Source: Spirochaetia bacterium
GTDB lineage: Bacteria; Spirochaetota; Spirochaetia; SZUA-6; Bin103
DNA: 64,000 nucleotides
Assembly (NCBI GenBank): GCA_965199955.1
Contig: CBDATQ010000003.1
Location: 113,594-177,593 of the forward strand
Direction of reading: 5' to 3'
The position numbers and the translations under genes were made by a program. This document shows positions 18,788 through 29,306 of this stretch, piece after piece (position 1 is the first letter of the stretch; every line of letters begins with the position of its first letter). The notes beneath the pieces were generated by a model that searched no databases, was not told the origin of the DNA, and saw only the letters and a list, made by a program, of their open reading frames with translations.

Positions 18788-20278
18788 TCAGGCGGACGTG
18801 ATTCCTTCGTGCGGCCAGACCAGCACCGGCCGGCGGGCGGCGGTCGCCTCGTCCAGGCGTCCGATCGGCGTCGTGTGCGGAGCGGTGCGCACGAGCTCCG
18901 GCGTGTCGGCCGCCTCCGCCAGGATGGCGCGCATGGCAGCCACGAACTGGTCCAGGGTGGCCTTCGACTCGGTTTCGGTGGGCTCCACCATCAGCGCCTC
19001 CGGAACGATGAGCGGAAAGTAGATGGTGGGCGGGTGGATGCCGTAGTCGATCAGGCGCTTGGCGATGTCCAGGGCCCGCACCCGGTGCTCCTGCGCCTGG
19101 CGGCGGGCGCTGAAGACCACCTCGTGCTTGCAGACGCGCGGATACGGCACCTCCAGCACGTCGGCCAGCGCGGCCCGCACGTAGTTGGCGGCCACCACCG
19201 CCAGCCGGCTCATCGCGGCCAGCCCGTCGCCGCCCAGCGACCGCAGGTAGGCGTAGCCGCGCACGGCGTTGTTGACGTTGCCGTAGAAGGCGCGCACGCG
19301 GCCGATCGAGTCGGGCCGGTCGTGGTCGTGCCGATACGTGCCTCCGTCGCGGCTCACCACCGGTACCGGCAGGAAGCGCGCCAGCTCTCCGGTGACTGCC
19401 GTCGCGCCCGCTCCCGGACCGCCGCCCCCGTGCGGGACGCTGAAGGTCTTGTGCAGGTTGAAGTGCAGGATGTCGGTGCCCAGGTCGCCCGGCTTGGCCA
19501 CGCCGACCATGGCGTTCATGTTGGCGCCGTCCATGTAGACCAGGCCGCCGGCGTCGTGCACGGCCGCGGCGATGTCCGTGATGCGCTCCACGAACAGCCC
19601 CAGCGTGTTCGGGTTGGTGATCATCAGCCCGGCCACGCTGTCGTCCAGCGCATCCTGAACCGCCGCGAAGTCCAGGTTGCCGTCGGAGCCGGTGGGCACC
19701 GTGCGCGACCGGTAGCCGGCCATGGCGGCGGTGGCGGGGTTGGTGCCGTGCGCGGAATCGGGCACCAGCATCGTCGTCCGCCGGGAGCCCTGCGCCTCGT
19801 GCCAGGCGCGGATGATGAGCGCGCCGGTCAGCTCGCCATGCGCGCCGGCCGACGGCTGCAGCGACACGCCGGGCAGCCCGGCGATCTCGCCCAGCCACTC
19901 CTGCAGCTCCCAGAGCAGCCGCAGCGCACCCTGCACCGTCGCCTCGTCCTGATAGGGATGGATCTGCGCCAGCCCCGGCAGGTCGGCGATGCGGTCGTTG
20001 ATCTTGGGGTTGTACTTCATGGTGCAGGAGCCGAGCGGATAGAAGCCCTGGTCGACCGAGAAGTTGCGGCGCGAGCTGTTGGTGAAGTGGCGCACGACCT
20101 CCGGCTCGGACAGCTCCGGCAGCGGCAGCTCGGCGCGCCGCAACTCCTGCGGCAGCGCGTCTGCGCGCGGCACGTCGAGCGGCGGGATCTGCACGCCGGT
20201 ACGCCCCGCGACCGAGCGCTCGAACAGCAGCGGCTGCTCCGGCAGCAGGGCAGCTCCGGACACGCCGGGGGCGCTCAT
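18788..20278 (-). CDS. gcvPB: Glycine dehydrogenase (decarboxylating) subunit 2
   Basis: YPLGSCTMKYNPKIN, SAHGTNPA, HFNLHKTFSVPHGGGGPG, EPTETES. Confidence 0.97.
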   Translation of the reverse strand: MSAPGVSGAALLPEQPLLFERSVAGRTGVQIPPLDVPRADALPQELRRAELPLPELSEPEVVRHFTNSSRRNFSVDQGFYPLGSCTMKYNPKINDRIADLPGLAQIHPYQDEATVQGALRLLWELQEWLGEIAGLPGVSLQPSAGAHGELTGALIIRAWHEAQGSRRTTMLVPDSAHGTNPATAAMAGYRSRTVPTGSDGNLDFAAVQDALDDSVAGLMITNPNTLGLFVERITDIAAAVHDAGGLVYMDGANMNAMVGVAKPGDLGTDILHFNLHKTFSVPHGGGGPGAGATAVTGELARFLPVPVVSRDGGTYRHDHDRPDSIGRVRAFYGNVNNAVRGYAYLRSLGGDGLAAMSRLAVVAANYVRAALADVLEVPYPRVCKHEVVFSARRQAQEHRVRALDIAKRLIDYGIHPPTIYFPLIVPEALMVEPTETESKATLDQFVAAMRAILAEAADTPELVRTAPHTTPIGRLDEATAARRPVLVWPHEGITSA

Positions 20279-21627
20279 GCGACCGCCTCCGCCACGGCTG
20301 CCACCAGCCGGTCGATGTCGGCCCGGCCGTTCAGCTCGGTCGCGGTCAGCAGCCAGCAGCCGTCCAGGCCCAGGTCGAAGCGGCCCAGGTCGAGCCCGCC
20401 GACGATGCCGTGGTCGGCCCAGAGCCGCCGGTTCAGCTCGGCCGGCGGCAGCGGCATGCGCACCGTCAGCTCGCGGAAGAACCGCCCCGAGAAGCGCGCT
20501 TCGACCCCCGGCACGCGGGCGAGCTCGGCGGCCAAGTAGTGGGTGCGATGATAGCACTGGTCGGCGACCTCGCGGAGCCCGGACGGGCCCAGTGCCGCCA
20601 GGTAGATGGCCACGGCGGTGGCGATCAGCGCCTCGTTGGTGCAGATGTTGCTGGTGGCCTTCTCGCGCCGGATGTCCTGCTCGCGCGGCTTGAGGGTCAG
20701 CACGAATCCGCGCCGGCCGCGCTCGTCGCGGGCGATGCCCGCCAGGCGGCCCGGCATCTGCCGGACGTTGCGCATGGAGGTGGCCAGCAGGCCCACGTAG
20801 GGGCCGCCGTAGAACAGGGGTATGCCGAGCGGCTGCCCCTCCGCGGTGGCGATGTCGGCGCCCAGCTCGCCGGGCGGGCGCAGCACCGCCTGCGCGACCG
20901 GGTCCGCCGACACCACCGCCAGCGCCCCGGCCGCGTGGGCCCGCTCGCAGAGCTCCGCGACCGGCTCGATCACGCCCAGAAAGTTCGGGTAGGCAAGCAG
21001 CACGGCGGCGATGTGGTCGCCGAGCGCCCGCTCCACCTCGCCGGGATCGGTGCGTCCCGACGCGCGGTCGAACGGGATGGTCACGATACGGAGGCCCAGG
21101 CCGGACAGGTAGGTGGCAAGCACCTCGCGGTACTCGGGATGCACGGCCTCGCTGACCGCGATCGTCTCCCGGCCGCGGCGCAGCCGGGCGGCCATGAGCG
21201 CCGCCTCCGCCAGCGCGGTGGAGCCGTCGTACATCGATGCATTGGCCACGTCCATGCCGAGCAGCCGGGCGACCATCGTCTGAAACTCGAAGATGGTCTG
21301 CAGCGTCCCCTGGCTCACCTCCGGCTGGTACGGGGTGTAGGCGGTGTACAACTCGCTGCGGAACAGCAGGTGCGGGATCACGGCCGGGGTGTAGTGGTGG
21401 TACGCGCCGGCGCCCAGAAAGCAGCTGTGCCGGTCGAGGGCGCTGTTGCGGTCGGCCAGGTCGCGGAAGGCGGCGGCGACTTCCGGCTCGCTCAACCCGT
21501 CCGGCAGGTCGAGCCGGGGAAACCGATGGGCATGCGGGACGTCCGTGAACAGCTCCTCGACGCTGGCGACGCCGATCGCCTGCAGCATCGCGGCGACCTC
21601 GGCGTCGGTGTGCGGGGCGTATTGCAC
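20275..21627 (-). CDS. gcvPA: Glycine dehydrogenase (decarboxylating) subunit 1
   Basis: FLGAGAY, YTAYTPYQPEVSQGTLQ, NASMYDG, REQDIRREKATSNICTN. Confidence 0.97.
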   Translation of the reverse strand: MQYAPHTDAEVAAMLQAIGVASVEELFTDVPHAHRFPRLDLPDGLSEPEVAAAFRDLADRNSALDRHSCFLGAGAYHHYTPAVIPHLLFRSELYTAYTPYQPEVSQGTLQTIFEFQTMVARLLGMDVANASMYDGSTALAEAALMAARLRRGRETIAVSEAVHPEYREVLATYLSGLGLRIVTIPFDRASGRTDPGEVERALGDHIAAVLLAYPNFLGVIEPVAELCERAHAAGALAVVSADPVAQAVLRPPGELGADIATAEGQPLGIPLFYGGPYVGLLATSMRNVRQMPGRLAGIARDERGRRGFVLTLKPREQDIRREKATSNICTNEALIATAVAIYLAALGPSGLREVADQCYHRTHYLAAELARVPGVEARFSGRFFRELTVRMPLPPAELNRRLWADHGIVGGLDLGRFDLGLDGCWLLTATELNGRADIDRLVAAVAEAVA

Positions 21628-21634
21628 GGCGGGC

Positions 21635-22024
21635 TCAGGCCGACTGCACGAGTTGCGAGTAGGCCTCCGCGTCCATGAGCTGCGCCTCCTCCGCTTCCGG
21701 TCGGCTGGGGCGGATCGTGACGAGCCAGCCGTCGCCGTACGGCGATTCGTTGACGAGCTGCGGCGCGGACTCCAGGGCACCGTTCACGGCCACCACTTCG
21801 CCCGTCAGGGGGGCGAACAGGTCGCTGGCCGCCTTCACGCTCTCGATCACGCCGAACGGACTGCCCTGCGTGAGCTCGGTCCCCACCTCGGGAAGCTCCA
21901 CGTAGACCACGTCACCGAGCTCGTGCTGTGCGTGGTCGGTAATGCCGATCACGACCCGATCGCCGTCCGGCCGGGTCCATTCGTGCTCGGCGGTGTACCG
22001 CAGGTCCTTGGGGAACTCCATCAT
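21635..22024 (-). CDS. gcvH: Glycine cleavage system H protein
   Basis: HEW, GITDHAQHELGDVVYVELP, lipoyl ESVKA. Confidence 0.97.
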   Translation of the reverse strand: MMEFPKDLRYTAEHEWTRPDGDRVVIGITDHAQHELGDVVYVELPEVGTELTQGSPFGVIESVKAASDLFAPLTGEVVAVNGALESAPQLVNESPYGDGWLVTIRPSRPEAEEAQLMDAEAYSQLVQSA

Positions 22025-22033
22025 CGCTTCCTC

Positions 22034-23170
22034 TTACTCGGGCTTCCGCCTGTAAAATGGGCGCTGAACGACGGTGGCGGCCACCGGGCGGTCCCGGATG
22101 ATCACGGCCAGGTCGCCGCCCACCACCGCGTGATCGCGCGCCACCAGCCCCATGGCCACGCTCCGCTCCAGCCACGGCGCATAGCCGCCGCTGGTCACGG
22201 TTCCGGCCGGCTCCCCGCGGGCGGTGGTGATCGTGAACCCCGCTCGGGCGATCGCGCGTCCATCGACCTGCAGGCAGGCCAGACGCCGCGCCACGCCCGC
22301 GGCTCGCCGGGCGGCGATGGCGGACGCGCCGACGTAGGTGTCGCCCTTCGACACGAACCGGCCGAGCCCGACCTCCAGCGGCGACACCTCGCGCGTGAGC
22401 TCGTGCCCGTACAGCGGGAACGACGCCTCCAGCCGCAACGTGTCGCGCGCCCCGAGCCCCGCCGGCTGCACGCCGGCGGAGGCGCCCGCTTCCAGCAGCG
22501 CCGTCCACAGCGCCTCCGTGCGGTCGGCGGCGACGAACACCTCGAACCCGTCCTCGCCCGTGTAGCCGGTGCGCGCCACCAGCGCCGCCGCGCCGGCCAC
22601 TTCGGTATCCCGGCAGCGATAGATGCCGATGGCGGCAAGGTCGGTGGCGGCAACGCCCTGCAGGATCGCCTCCGCCCGCGGTCCCTGGATGGCGATCAGT
22701 CCCAACTCCGCGCTCCGGTCGCGCAGCTCGACGCCGCGCATGCCGGCGGCGACCCCGCGCGCGTGCTCGACCACCACGTCCGTGTTGGCGGCGTTGACCA
22801 CGACGCGGTACCCGTCGTCCGCGAATCGGCCGCCAGGGCGGTAGACGATCACGTCGTCGATGACCCCGCCGGCATCATCGAGGATCAGCGAGTAGCGAGC
22901 CGCGCCGACCGCCAGCCGCCCGACGTCCAGGCAGGCCAGCCGGGCGACGCAGGCGGCGGCTCCGGGGCCGGCCACGTCGATTTCTCCCATGTGGCTGACG
23001 TCGAACAGGCCGGCCGCCGTGCGCACCGCGCGGTGCTCGGCGACGATCCCGGCGTACTGCACGGGCATGCTCCAGCCGGCGAACGGCACCATGCGCGCGC
23101 CCAGCCGTTCGTGGGCCGCATGCAGCGGGGTGCGAAGCAGCAGCGCCTGCGGAACGGTCTCTCTCGTCAT
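22034..23170 (-). CDS. gcvT: Glycine cleavage system aminomethyltransferase T
   Basis: GLFDVSHMGE, RTGYTGEDGFE, GLGARDTLRLEA. Confidence 0.97.
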   Translation of the reverse strand: MTRETVPQALLLRTPLHAAHERLGARMVPFAGWSMPVQYAGIVAEHRAVRTAAGLFDVSHMGEIDVAGPGAAACVARLACLDVGRLAVGAARYSLILDDAGGVIDDVIVYRPGGRFADDGYRVVVNAANTDVVVEHARGVAAGMRGVELRDRSAELGLIAIQGPRAEAILQGVAATDLAAIGIYRCRDTEVAGAAALVARTGYTGEDGFEVFVAADRTEALWTALLEAGASAGVQPAGLGARDTLRLEASFPLYGHELTREVSPLEVGLGRFVSKGDTYVGASAIAARRAAGVARRLACLQVDGRAIARAGFTITTARGEPAGTVTSGGYAPWLERSVAMGLVARDHAVVGGDLAVIIRDRPVAATVVQRPFYRRKPE

Positions 23171-23240
23171 CGGCGGTACGAACGTACCAGTCTGACGGCC
23201 CTGCCGGACAGACCTTACCGGCCGCGCCGCCCCGCGGGCC

Positions 23241-24008
23241 TCACAGCAGCGCCAGGAAGCCGCCGTCCACGTACAGCACGTGGCCGTTGACGAAGCTGGA
23301 GGCGTCCGAGGCCAGGAACACCGCCGGGCCCACCAGCTCGGTGGTGTCCCCCCAGCGGCCGGCCGGCGTGCGCTCGCGCAGCCAGGCGTTGAACGCCGGA
23401 TCGTCGGCGAGCGGCTGGGTCATCTCCGTGACGAAGTAGCCGGGGCCAATGCCGTTGGCCTGCACCCCGTGCGGACCCCACTCCACCGCCATCGCCCGCG
23501 TCAGCATCTGCAGTCCACCCTTGGCGGCCCCGTACGCGGCGGTGCCGAGCCGGGCACGCTCGCTGATCAGCGAGCAGGTGTTGATGATCTTGCCGCGGCC
23601 CCGCTCGCACATGCCGCGCGCGACCCGCCGGCCGACCAGGAAGGGCGCCGTGAGATCGGTGTCGATCACCTCCTGCCAGGCGGCGGAGTCCAGCTCGACC
23701 ATCGGCGCGCGCCGCGTCATGCCGGCGTTGTTGACCAGGATCTCGATCGGCCCGATGGACCGCTCGACGGCGCCGATCGCCTCGTCCCCCGCCTGCTCGT
23801 CGCGGGTGTCGAAGGGGCAGGCGTTGGCCTCGATCCCGTCCGCGCGCAGCCCTTCGATCATCTGATCGACGCGGTCGAGCCGGCGGCCGTTGACCAGCAC
23901 GTGGGCGCCCGCCTCGCCCAGGCCGCGCGCCAGCGCGGCGCCGATGCCGGAGGTCGAGCCGGTGACCAGGGCGAGCCTGCCGTCGAGCCGAAAGTCGTTC
24001 GCCGTCAT
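23241..24008 (-). CDS. SDR oxidoreductase (gluconate 5-dehydrogenase-like)
   Basis: TGSTSGIG, NNAG, YGAAKGG, NGIGPGYF, GHVLYVDGG. Start 24008 or 24017. Confidence 0.9.
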   Translation of the reverse strand: MTANDFRLDGRLALVTGSTSGIGAALARGLGEAGAHVLVNGRRLDRVDQMIEGLRADGIEANACPFDTRDEQAGDEAIGAVERSIGPIEILVNNAGMTRRAPMVELDSAAWQEVIDTDLTAPFLVGRRVARGMCERGRGKIINTCSLISERARLGTAAYGAAKGGLQMLTRAMAVEWGPHGVQANGIGPGYFVTEMTQPLADDPAFNAWLRERTPAGRWGDTTELVGPAVFLASDASSFVNGHVLYVDGGFLALL

Positions 24009-24076
24009 GAGGCGCATGGTAGCCTTGGCGCCGGGATTGAAACACCGCCAGGCGCCGGTCCCTATACTCCCGCTCC

Positions 24077-24967
24077 ATGACAGCGTGGACGCGGATGGGA
24101 GTGGTGCTGGCCGGATTGATCGTGGTGGCCCTGGGTGCCACAGGCGAGAGGGCCCTCCGGCCGGTCGTCTACGACGTCACGGTGGCGCGCCTGGAGCACT
24201 ACCGCGACGCGGATCTGCGGCAGATGACTCCGGCCATGGTGACGCGCCACGTGGACGGCGACACCTTCGAGGTCGCGATCGCCGACCCGGCCTACGGCAT
24301 GCGCGCGGTTGAGCGCGTGCGCCTCATGGGCATCGACACCCCCGAGCGGGACGAGCCGCTGTTCGCGGAAGCGCGTGCGCACGTGGAACGGAGGGCTGGA
24401 GCCGGACCGGTGTACCTGGCGTTCGATTTCCGGCGGCGTGACCAGTTCGACCGCCTGCTGGCGTTCGTCTATTTGCCGGACGGCACGCTGCTGAACGCCG
24501 AGCTGATCGAGACCGGGCTCGCCGCCGTCTATCGCGGCGATGACCTGATGTACTTCCTGCCCCAGTTCGAGGACCTGGAGCGGGAAGCCCGATCGCGGGA
24601 GCTCGGCGTGTGGCGGGGCAAGGCCCGCGCGGGCGTGATCATCGTGGATGTCGCCAATCAGAGCCGCCACGAGCATGTGCTCCTCCGCAATGACGGGTCG
24701 GGCCCTGTTGACATCTCCGGGTGGTGGATCTGTGATGACGACGGCGATCGGTTGGCGATTCCGGCCGAAGTCGTGCTGGCGCCCGGCGACACACTGGCCG
24801 TGGGCAGCGGCGCGGGCTGCGTGGACACCCATCACCCCTGCCTGCGCGTTTCGAAGAAGAACATCTGGGGCAACCCCGGCGATGTCGCGTGCCTCAAGGA
24901 TCGCTCCGGGAACGTCGTCGATGCCGCAGCGTACGGGAACCAGGCCGGTGACACCTGCCCGTCCTGA
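24077..24967 (+). CDS. Secreted thermonuclease (SNase) fused to a lamin tail domain
   Basis: VDGDT, VRLMGIDTPE, DQFDRLLAFV; C-terminal EHVLLRN....VDISGW, WGNPGD..L.D..G.VVD. Confidence 0.88.
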   Translation: MTAWTRMGVVLAGLIVVALGATGERALRPVVYDVTVARLEHYRDADLRQMTPAMVTRHVDGDTFEVAIADPAYGMRAVERVRLMGIDTPERDEPLFAEARAHVERRAGAGPVYLAFDFRRRDQFDRLLAFVYLPDGTLLNAELIETGLAAVYRGDDLMYFLPQFEDLEREARSRELGVWRGKARAGVIIVDVANQSRHEHVLLRNDGSGPVDISGWWICDDDGDRLAIPAEVVLAPGDTLAVGSGAGCVDTHHPCLRVSKKNIWGNPGDVACLKDRSGNVVDAAAYGNQAGDTCPS

Positions 24968-24996
24968 CGGCACGCCGTCCGATTGACGACTCCGAT

Positions 24997-25025
24997 TTGA
25001 CGGCCCTGCGGGCCGAACCTACCTT
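24997..25025 (+). promoter_or_regulatory. Sigma70-type promoter, probably leaderless, for the MFS-HEAT gene
   Basis: TTGACG-17 nt-TACCTT, then 6 nt to GTG 25032; no SD. Confidence 0.55.
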
Positions 25026-25031
25026 CGGCCG

Positions 25032-27275
25032 GTGAGCACCGCGGAGCCACCGCCCGAGCGCCGCGTGCTCAGCCCCGCGCAGCGGATCGCCGCGCAGCGC
25101 ACCTTTCACATCTTCACCCTGTTCAACGTCTGCTCGTTCCAGTGCCTGTCGGGCAACCTGATCACCCTGTTCGGGCTCCGGGTCGGGCTGGGCAGCGTGA
25201 TGATCGGCGTGTTGTTCGCCGTCATCCCGCTGTCGCAGTTCATGCCGCTCATCGGCCGGCTGTTCGTCACCCGGCTCGGCAACGTGCGCTCCATGGGCCT
25301 GTTCTGGAGCGCACGCTCCATCATGGCGGCGCCGCTGCTGGTGGTGGCGCTGTTCGCGGGCGCGGGGCAGACCACCGTGGCGGTGGCGCTGCTGTTCATC
25401 GGCGTGCTGGGCTTCAACCTGGCGCGCGGAGCCGGCATGGCCGGCATGCAGCCGGTCATCGGCCACCTGACCACGCCGCAGGACCGCGGCCTGTTCATGT
25501 CGCGGATGCAGCTCATCATCCACGCCGTGATCATCGTGACCGGCCTGCTGATGGGCCTGGTCCTGGACCGGGAGTCGCCGCTGGCGGTGTTCACGGTCAT
25601 CCTGGCGGTGGGGGTGGCGGCCGGCGTCATCGCCACCTTCTCCGTGTTCCGCCTGCCGGAACCGCCGCGCGAGGAGCGCTCCGGACCGCTCCTGCTGGCC
25701 GCGGCCGAGGCGCTGCGCGGCGCCACCATGCGCCGCTTCCTGATCCTGATCCTGGCGGTGTTCGCCGGCTCCTTCATGGTCAGCCCGTTCTTCATCGTGT
25801 TCCTGCGGCAGGTCTACGGCATGGGCGACAACTCGATCATGCTGGTGACGGTGGTCGGCTCCGTCGGCGCCATCGTCATGGCCCTGCTCAGCGGCCTGAT
25901 GACCGACCGCATCGGCGCCCAGCCGCTGCTGGTGCTGTCGGCGGCCGCGATCGCGGTGGTGATGCTGCCGCTGGTGGTGGCGCCTCCCCTGCCCGCGACC
26001 GCGGCATGGATCTACGGCGCGGCGGCGTTCTTCGTCTTCATGCTGGGCGCCAGCGGGCTGCAGAGCGCCTCCACCGTCTACTTCCTGTCGATCGGCAAGC
26101 CATCCGAGCGGCTCAACCTGGGCATCCTGTACATGCTCGCCACCGGGCTGGGCGGCACGCTGGGCTCGCTGGCCGGCGGCGCGCTGCTGGACCTGCTGGG
26201 GGGCGCGCTGGGGGTGACCGGTTCGTTCCGCGCCTACTTCGCGTTGGTGACAGTGCTGTTCGCGGCCATCGTCGTCGGCATGGGCGGGCTGGAGCGGCTG
26301 GGTGCCTACCGCGCGCGCGACGTGCTGTCGATGATGTTCTCCATCCGCGACCTGCGCGCGCTGGGGTTGCTCAACCGGCTGCAACGGGTGCGCAGCCCGT
26401 TCGAGGAGGAGCAGCTCATCCAGGAGCTCGGCTCGTCGCGCTCGCGCGTGACCGCCCGCGACCTGGTGCGCAAGCTGTCCTCACCGCGCTTCGCGGTGCG
26501 TGCGGAAGCGCTGACGGCGCTCAGCACGGCCGACACGCGCGAGGACTTGGCCCCGGCCCTGATCAACGAGCTGCGCAACCACGACTTCACCACCGCCTAC
26601 CTCGCCGCGAACGTGGCCGGGCAGAAGGGCGTCACGGAGGCGATCCCGGCCCTGCGGGAGAGCCTGGACTCCCGCGATTTCTTCCTGGCCGGCAAGGCGA
26701 TGGTGGCCCTGGGGCGGCTCGGCGACCGGCCGAGCGTCGGACGGATCGAGCAGCTCCTGGCCGACACCGAGAACCCGCGCCTGATCATCCACGCGGCCAC
26801 CGCCCTGGAGCTGTTCGGCAGCGCGACCTCGGTCCCGGTCCTCATCGCCAAGCTGAGCCGCCGGTTCGCCCCCTACGTGCGCGACGAGCTGATCCTGGCA
26901 ATCGCCGCGATCCTGGGGGCGGGCAGCTTCCTGTACCCCCACTACCGGAGTTTCCTGGACGACGCCGCGGCCGGGCTGGACAGCCTGCGCGACGAGCTGA
27001 CTCAGAATCGGCGTTCGCGGACGCCGCGCGAGCAGGTGGTTAAGATGCTGGACCTGATGGGCGAAGATCATGCGCGCTTCGCGAAGGCCGCCCGTGCACT
27101 GCTGGCCAAGCTGTCCGGCGCGGCGCTCGATGCGCCGGCGGCCGAGCAGCTCGCCGGCGGCCTGGCCGACCGCGAGATCCGGAGCCTGGACCGGTACCGC
27201 TTCCTGGTCGCGGCGGTCGTCACCTGGGCGGTCGTCCGGGATCCGCCGCCGGCAGCCAGGCGGTCATCGGGATGA
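25032..27275 (+). CDS. MFS transporter fused to C-terminal HEAT-like repeats
   Basis: About 12 TM segments with GLMTDRIGAQP, then VRAEALTAL, AIPALRESL..AMVALGRLGD repeats. Confidence 0.85.
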   Translation: MSTAEPPPERRVLSPAQRIAAQRTFHIFTLFNVCSFQCLSGNLITLFGLRVGLGSVMIGVLFAVIPLSQFMPLIGRLFVTRLGNVRSMGLFWSARSIMAAPLLVVALFAGAGQTTVAVALLFIGVLGFNLARGAGMAGMQPVIGHLTTPQDRGLFMSRMQLIIHAVIIVTGLLMGLVLDRESPLAVFTVILAVGVAAGVIATFSVFRLPEPPREERSGPLLLAAAEALRGATMRRFLILILAVFAGSFMVSPFFIVFLRQVYGMGDNSIMLVTVVGSVGAIVMALLSGLMTDRIGAQPLLVLSAAAIAVVMLPLVVAPPLPATAAWIYGAAAFFVFMLGASGLQSASTVYFLSIGKPSERLNLGILYMLATGLGGTLGSLAGGALLDLLGGALGVTGSFRAYFALVTVLFAAIVVGMGGLERLGAYRARDVLSMMFSIRDLRALGLLNRLQRVRSPFEEEQLIQELGSSRSRVTARDLVRKLSSPRFAVRAEALTALSTADTREDLAPALINELRNHDFTTAYLAANVAGQKGVTEAIPALRESLDSRDFFLAGKAMVALGRLGDRPSVGRIEQLLADTENPRLIIHAATALELFGSATSVPVLIAKLSRRFAPYVRDELILAIAAILGAGSFLYPHYRSFLDDAAAGLDSLRDELTQNRRSRTPREQVVKMLDLMGEDHARFAKAARALLAKLSGAALDAPAAEQLAGGLADREIRSLDRYRFLVAAVVTWAVVRDPPPAARRSSG

Positions 27276-27285
27276 GCCGCTGCCC

Positions 27286-29283
27286 ATGAGCGAATCCGCT
27301 CCCGACTCGACGGCTCCGCCGCCCTCGCGTGCGGCGCGCATCGAGGACGGCGCGGTGATCGTCGCGCTGCTGCTGCTGGCGGTCATCCCTACCGCGCAGG
27401 TCATCGCCCGCCTGCTGTTCGATGCCGCTCTCACCGCCGCTTCCGGTTACGTCAGGCACCTGGTGGTGTGGGGGGCCTGCCTGACCGGCATCGTCGCCAC
27501 GCGTGAGCGGCAGCACCTGTCGCTGAGCGCCGGCCTGCCGAAGCTGCCCGCCCCGTACGATCGCTGGACGGCGGTCGCCGCCACGGCCATCACCGTGGCC
27601 GTCACCACCGGCATCGCCGTCAGCGCGGCGTCGCTGACGCTGGTGGGCTTCGGTGGGTACGAACGAGTCGGGGCGTTCCCCAAGCGGGCGGTGCTGGCGA
27701 TCCTGCCGGTCGGCTTCGGGCTCATGGCGCTGCGCATGGTGCTGGCCGCCGCCCGGTCGCAGGAGGAGGGCCGTTCGGGACGGGCGGGGACCGTGGCCGG
27801 CGTGCTCGGCATCGCGCTCGGCGTGACTCTGTCGACGCAGCCGCTGTCCAACCTGATCGTCACCCTCTCCTGGGAGACCGGCGCGGGGTTGCCGTCGGCG
27901 ATCGAAACCGCCCTCCTTGACGGTGCAGACGCCGTCAACGGCGCGCTGCGGTCGCTGCGGCTGCCCCTGCTGATCCTCATGATCGTCTCGACGGTGGCGG
28001 GCGTGCCGATCTTCGCCGTGCTGGGCGGCATCGCCCTGTTGATGTTCGCGTCCAACGGCGTGCTGGAGACCGTCCCCGGAGAGGCGTACACGATGCTCAT
28101 CGGCGTGCACGTGCCGGCGCTGCCGCTGTTCGCGCTGTCCGGCTTCCTGCTCTCGGAGAGCGGCGCCGGAGCGCGCCTCGTGCGGCTGTGCACGGCCCTG
28201 TTCTCCCGCTACCGCGGCGGCCTGATCATCGCCGCGACGCTGATCTGCGCCTACTTCACCACCTTCACGGGCGCCTCCGGCGTGACCATCCTGGCCGTCG
28301 GCGGCCTGCTGGCGGCTCTGCTGGCGGAGAACGGGTTTCGCAAGGACCTGTCCACCGGCCTGCTGACCGCCTCCGGCAGCATCGGCCTGCTGTTCCCGCC
28401 CAGCCTGCCCATCATCATGTACGGCGTCGTCAGCCAGAACAACATCAAGGCGATGTTCGCCGGCGGCGTCGGACCCGGCATTCTCATGGTGTTCGCCCTG
28501 ATCGCCTTCGCGCTGGTGCGCGCCCGCACGGCCCGCCGCTCCGCCGGCGCGCCGGTGCCGGGCGCGGCCACGGCCGGCGGCCCGGGAGCCCCCGTGCCGC
28601 TGCGGGACGTCGGGCGCGCGCTGCGGCACGCCGGCTGGGAGGTGGCGCTGCCGGTGATCATCCTGGGCCTGCTGTTCGTCGGCGTCACCAACCTGGTGGA
28701 GACGGCCGCGATCGCCGTGATCTACCTGCTGGTCGTGCAGATGCTGATCCATCGCGACCTGTCCGTGCGCGACCTGCCCCGCCTGTTCGCCAGGGCCGCG
28801 CCCATCATCGGCGGCATCCTGGTCATCCTGGGAGTGGCCAAGGCGCTGTCGTTCGCGATCGTGGACGCGCAGGTGCCGCAGGCGCTGGTGCAGTGGTTCT
28901 CCGACCACGTGCGCTCGCCCTACGTGTTCCTGATCCTGCTCAACCTGGCGCTGCTGATCGCCGGCTGCCTGATGGACATCTTCTCGGCGATCGTCGTGCT
29001 GGTGCCGCTGCTGACCCCGATCGCGGAGTCCTACGGGATAGACCCCGTGCACCTGGGGATCATCTTTCTGGCCAACCTGGAGCTCGGCTACCTGACCCCG
29101 CCGGTCGGCCTGAACCTGTTCCTGGCCTCCTACCGGTTCGAGATTCCACTCGCGAAGCTGTACCGCACCACCCTCCCGTTCCTGGCGATCCTGCTGGTGT
29201 CGGTGCTGGTGATCACCTACGTGCCGCCCCTCACCACCACGCTGGTCAACCTGCTGGGTCTGTCCGGCGGTGCGGTGAATTGA
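27286..29283 (+). CDS. dctM: TRAP transporter fused small+large permease (DctQM)
   Basis: N-terminal RERQHLSL (DctQ); FTGASGVTILA, SGSIGLLFPPSLP, LTPPVGLNLF. Confidence 0.92.
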   Translation: MSESAPDSTAPPPSRAARIEDGAVIVALLLLAVIPTAQVIARLLFDAALTAASGYVRHLVVWGACLTGIVATRERQHLSLSAGLPKLPAPYDRWTAVAATAITVAVTTGIAVSAASLTLVGFGGYERVGAFPKRAVLAILPVGFGLMALRMVLAAARSQEEGRSGRAGTVAGVLGIALGVTLSTQPLSNLIVTLSWETGAGLPSAIETALLDGADAVNGALRSLRLPLLILMIVSTVAGVPIFAVLGGIALLMFASNGVLETVPGEAYTMLIGVHVPALPLFALSGFLLSESGAGARLVRLCTALFSRYRGGLIIAATLICAYFTTFTGASGVTILAVGGLLAALLAENGFRKDLSTGLLTASGSIGLLFPPSLPIIMYGVVSQNNIKAMFAGGVGPGILMVFALIAFALVRARTARRSAGAPVPGAATAGGPGAPVPLRDVGRALRHAGWEVALPVIILGLLFVGVTNLVETAAIAVIYLLVVQMLIHRDLSVRDLPRLFARAAPIIGGILVILGVAKALSFAIVDAQVPQALVQWFSDHVRSPYVFLILLNLALLIAGCLMDIFSAIVVLVPLLTPIAESYGIDPVHLGIIFLANLELGYLTPPVGLNLFLASYRFEIPLAKLYRTTLPFLAILLVSVLVITYVPPLTTTLVNLLGLSGGAVN

Positions 29284-29306
29284 CGCACCCGGTACCTCAC
29301 GCGACC

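Noticed and set aside
23171..23240. Glycine riboswitch upstream of gcvT
   Set aside because: Only 70 bp of intergenic space and no recognisable aptamer motifs.
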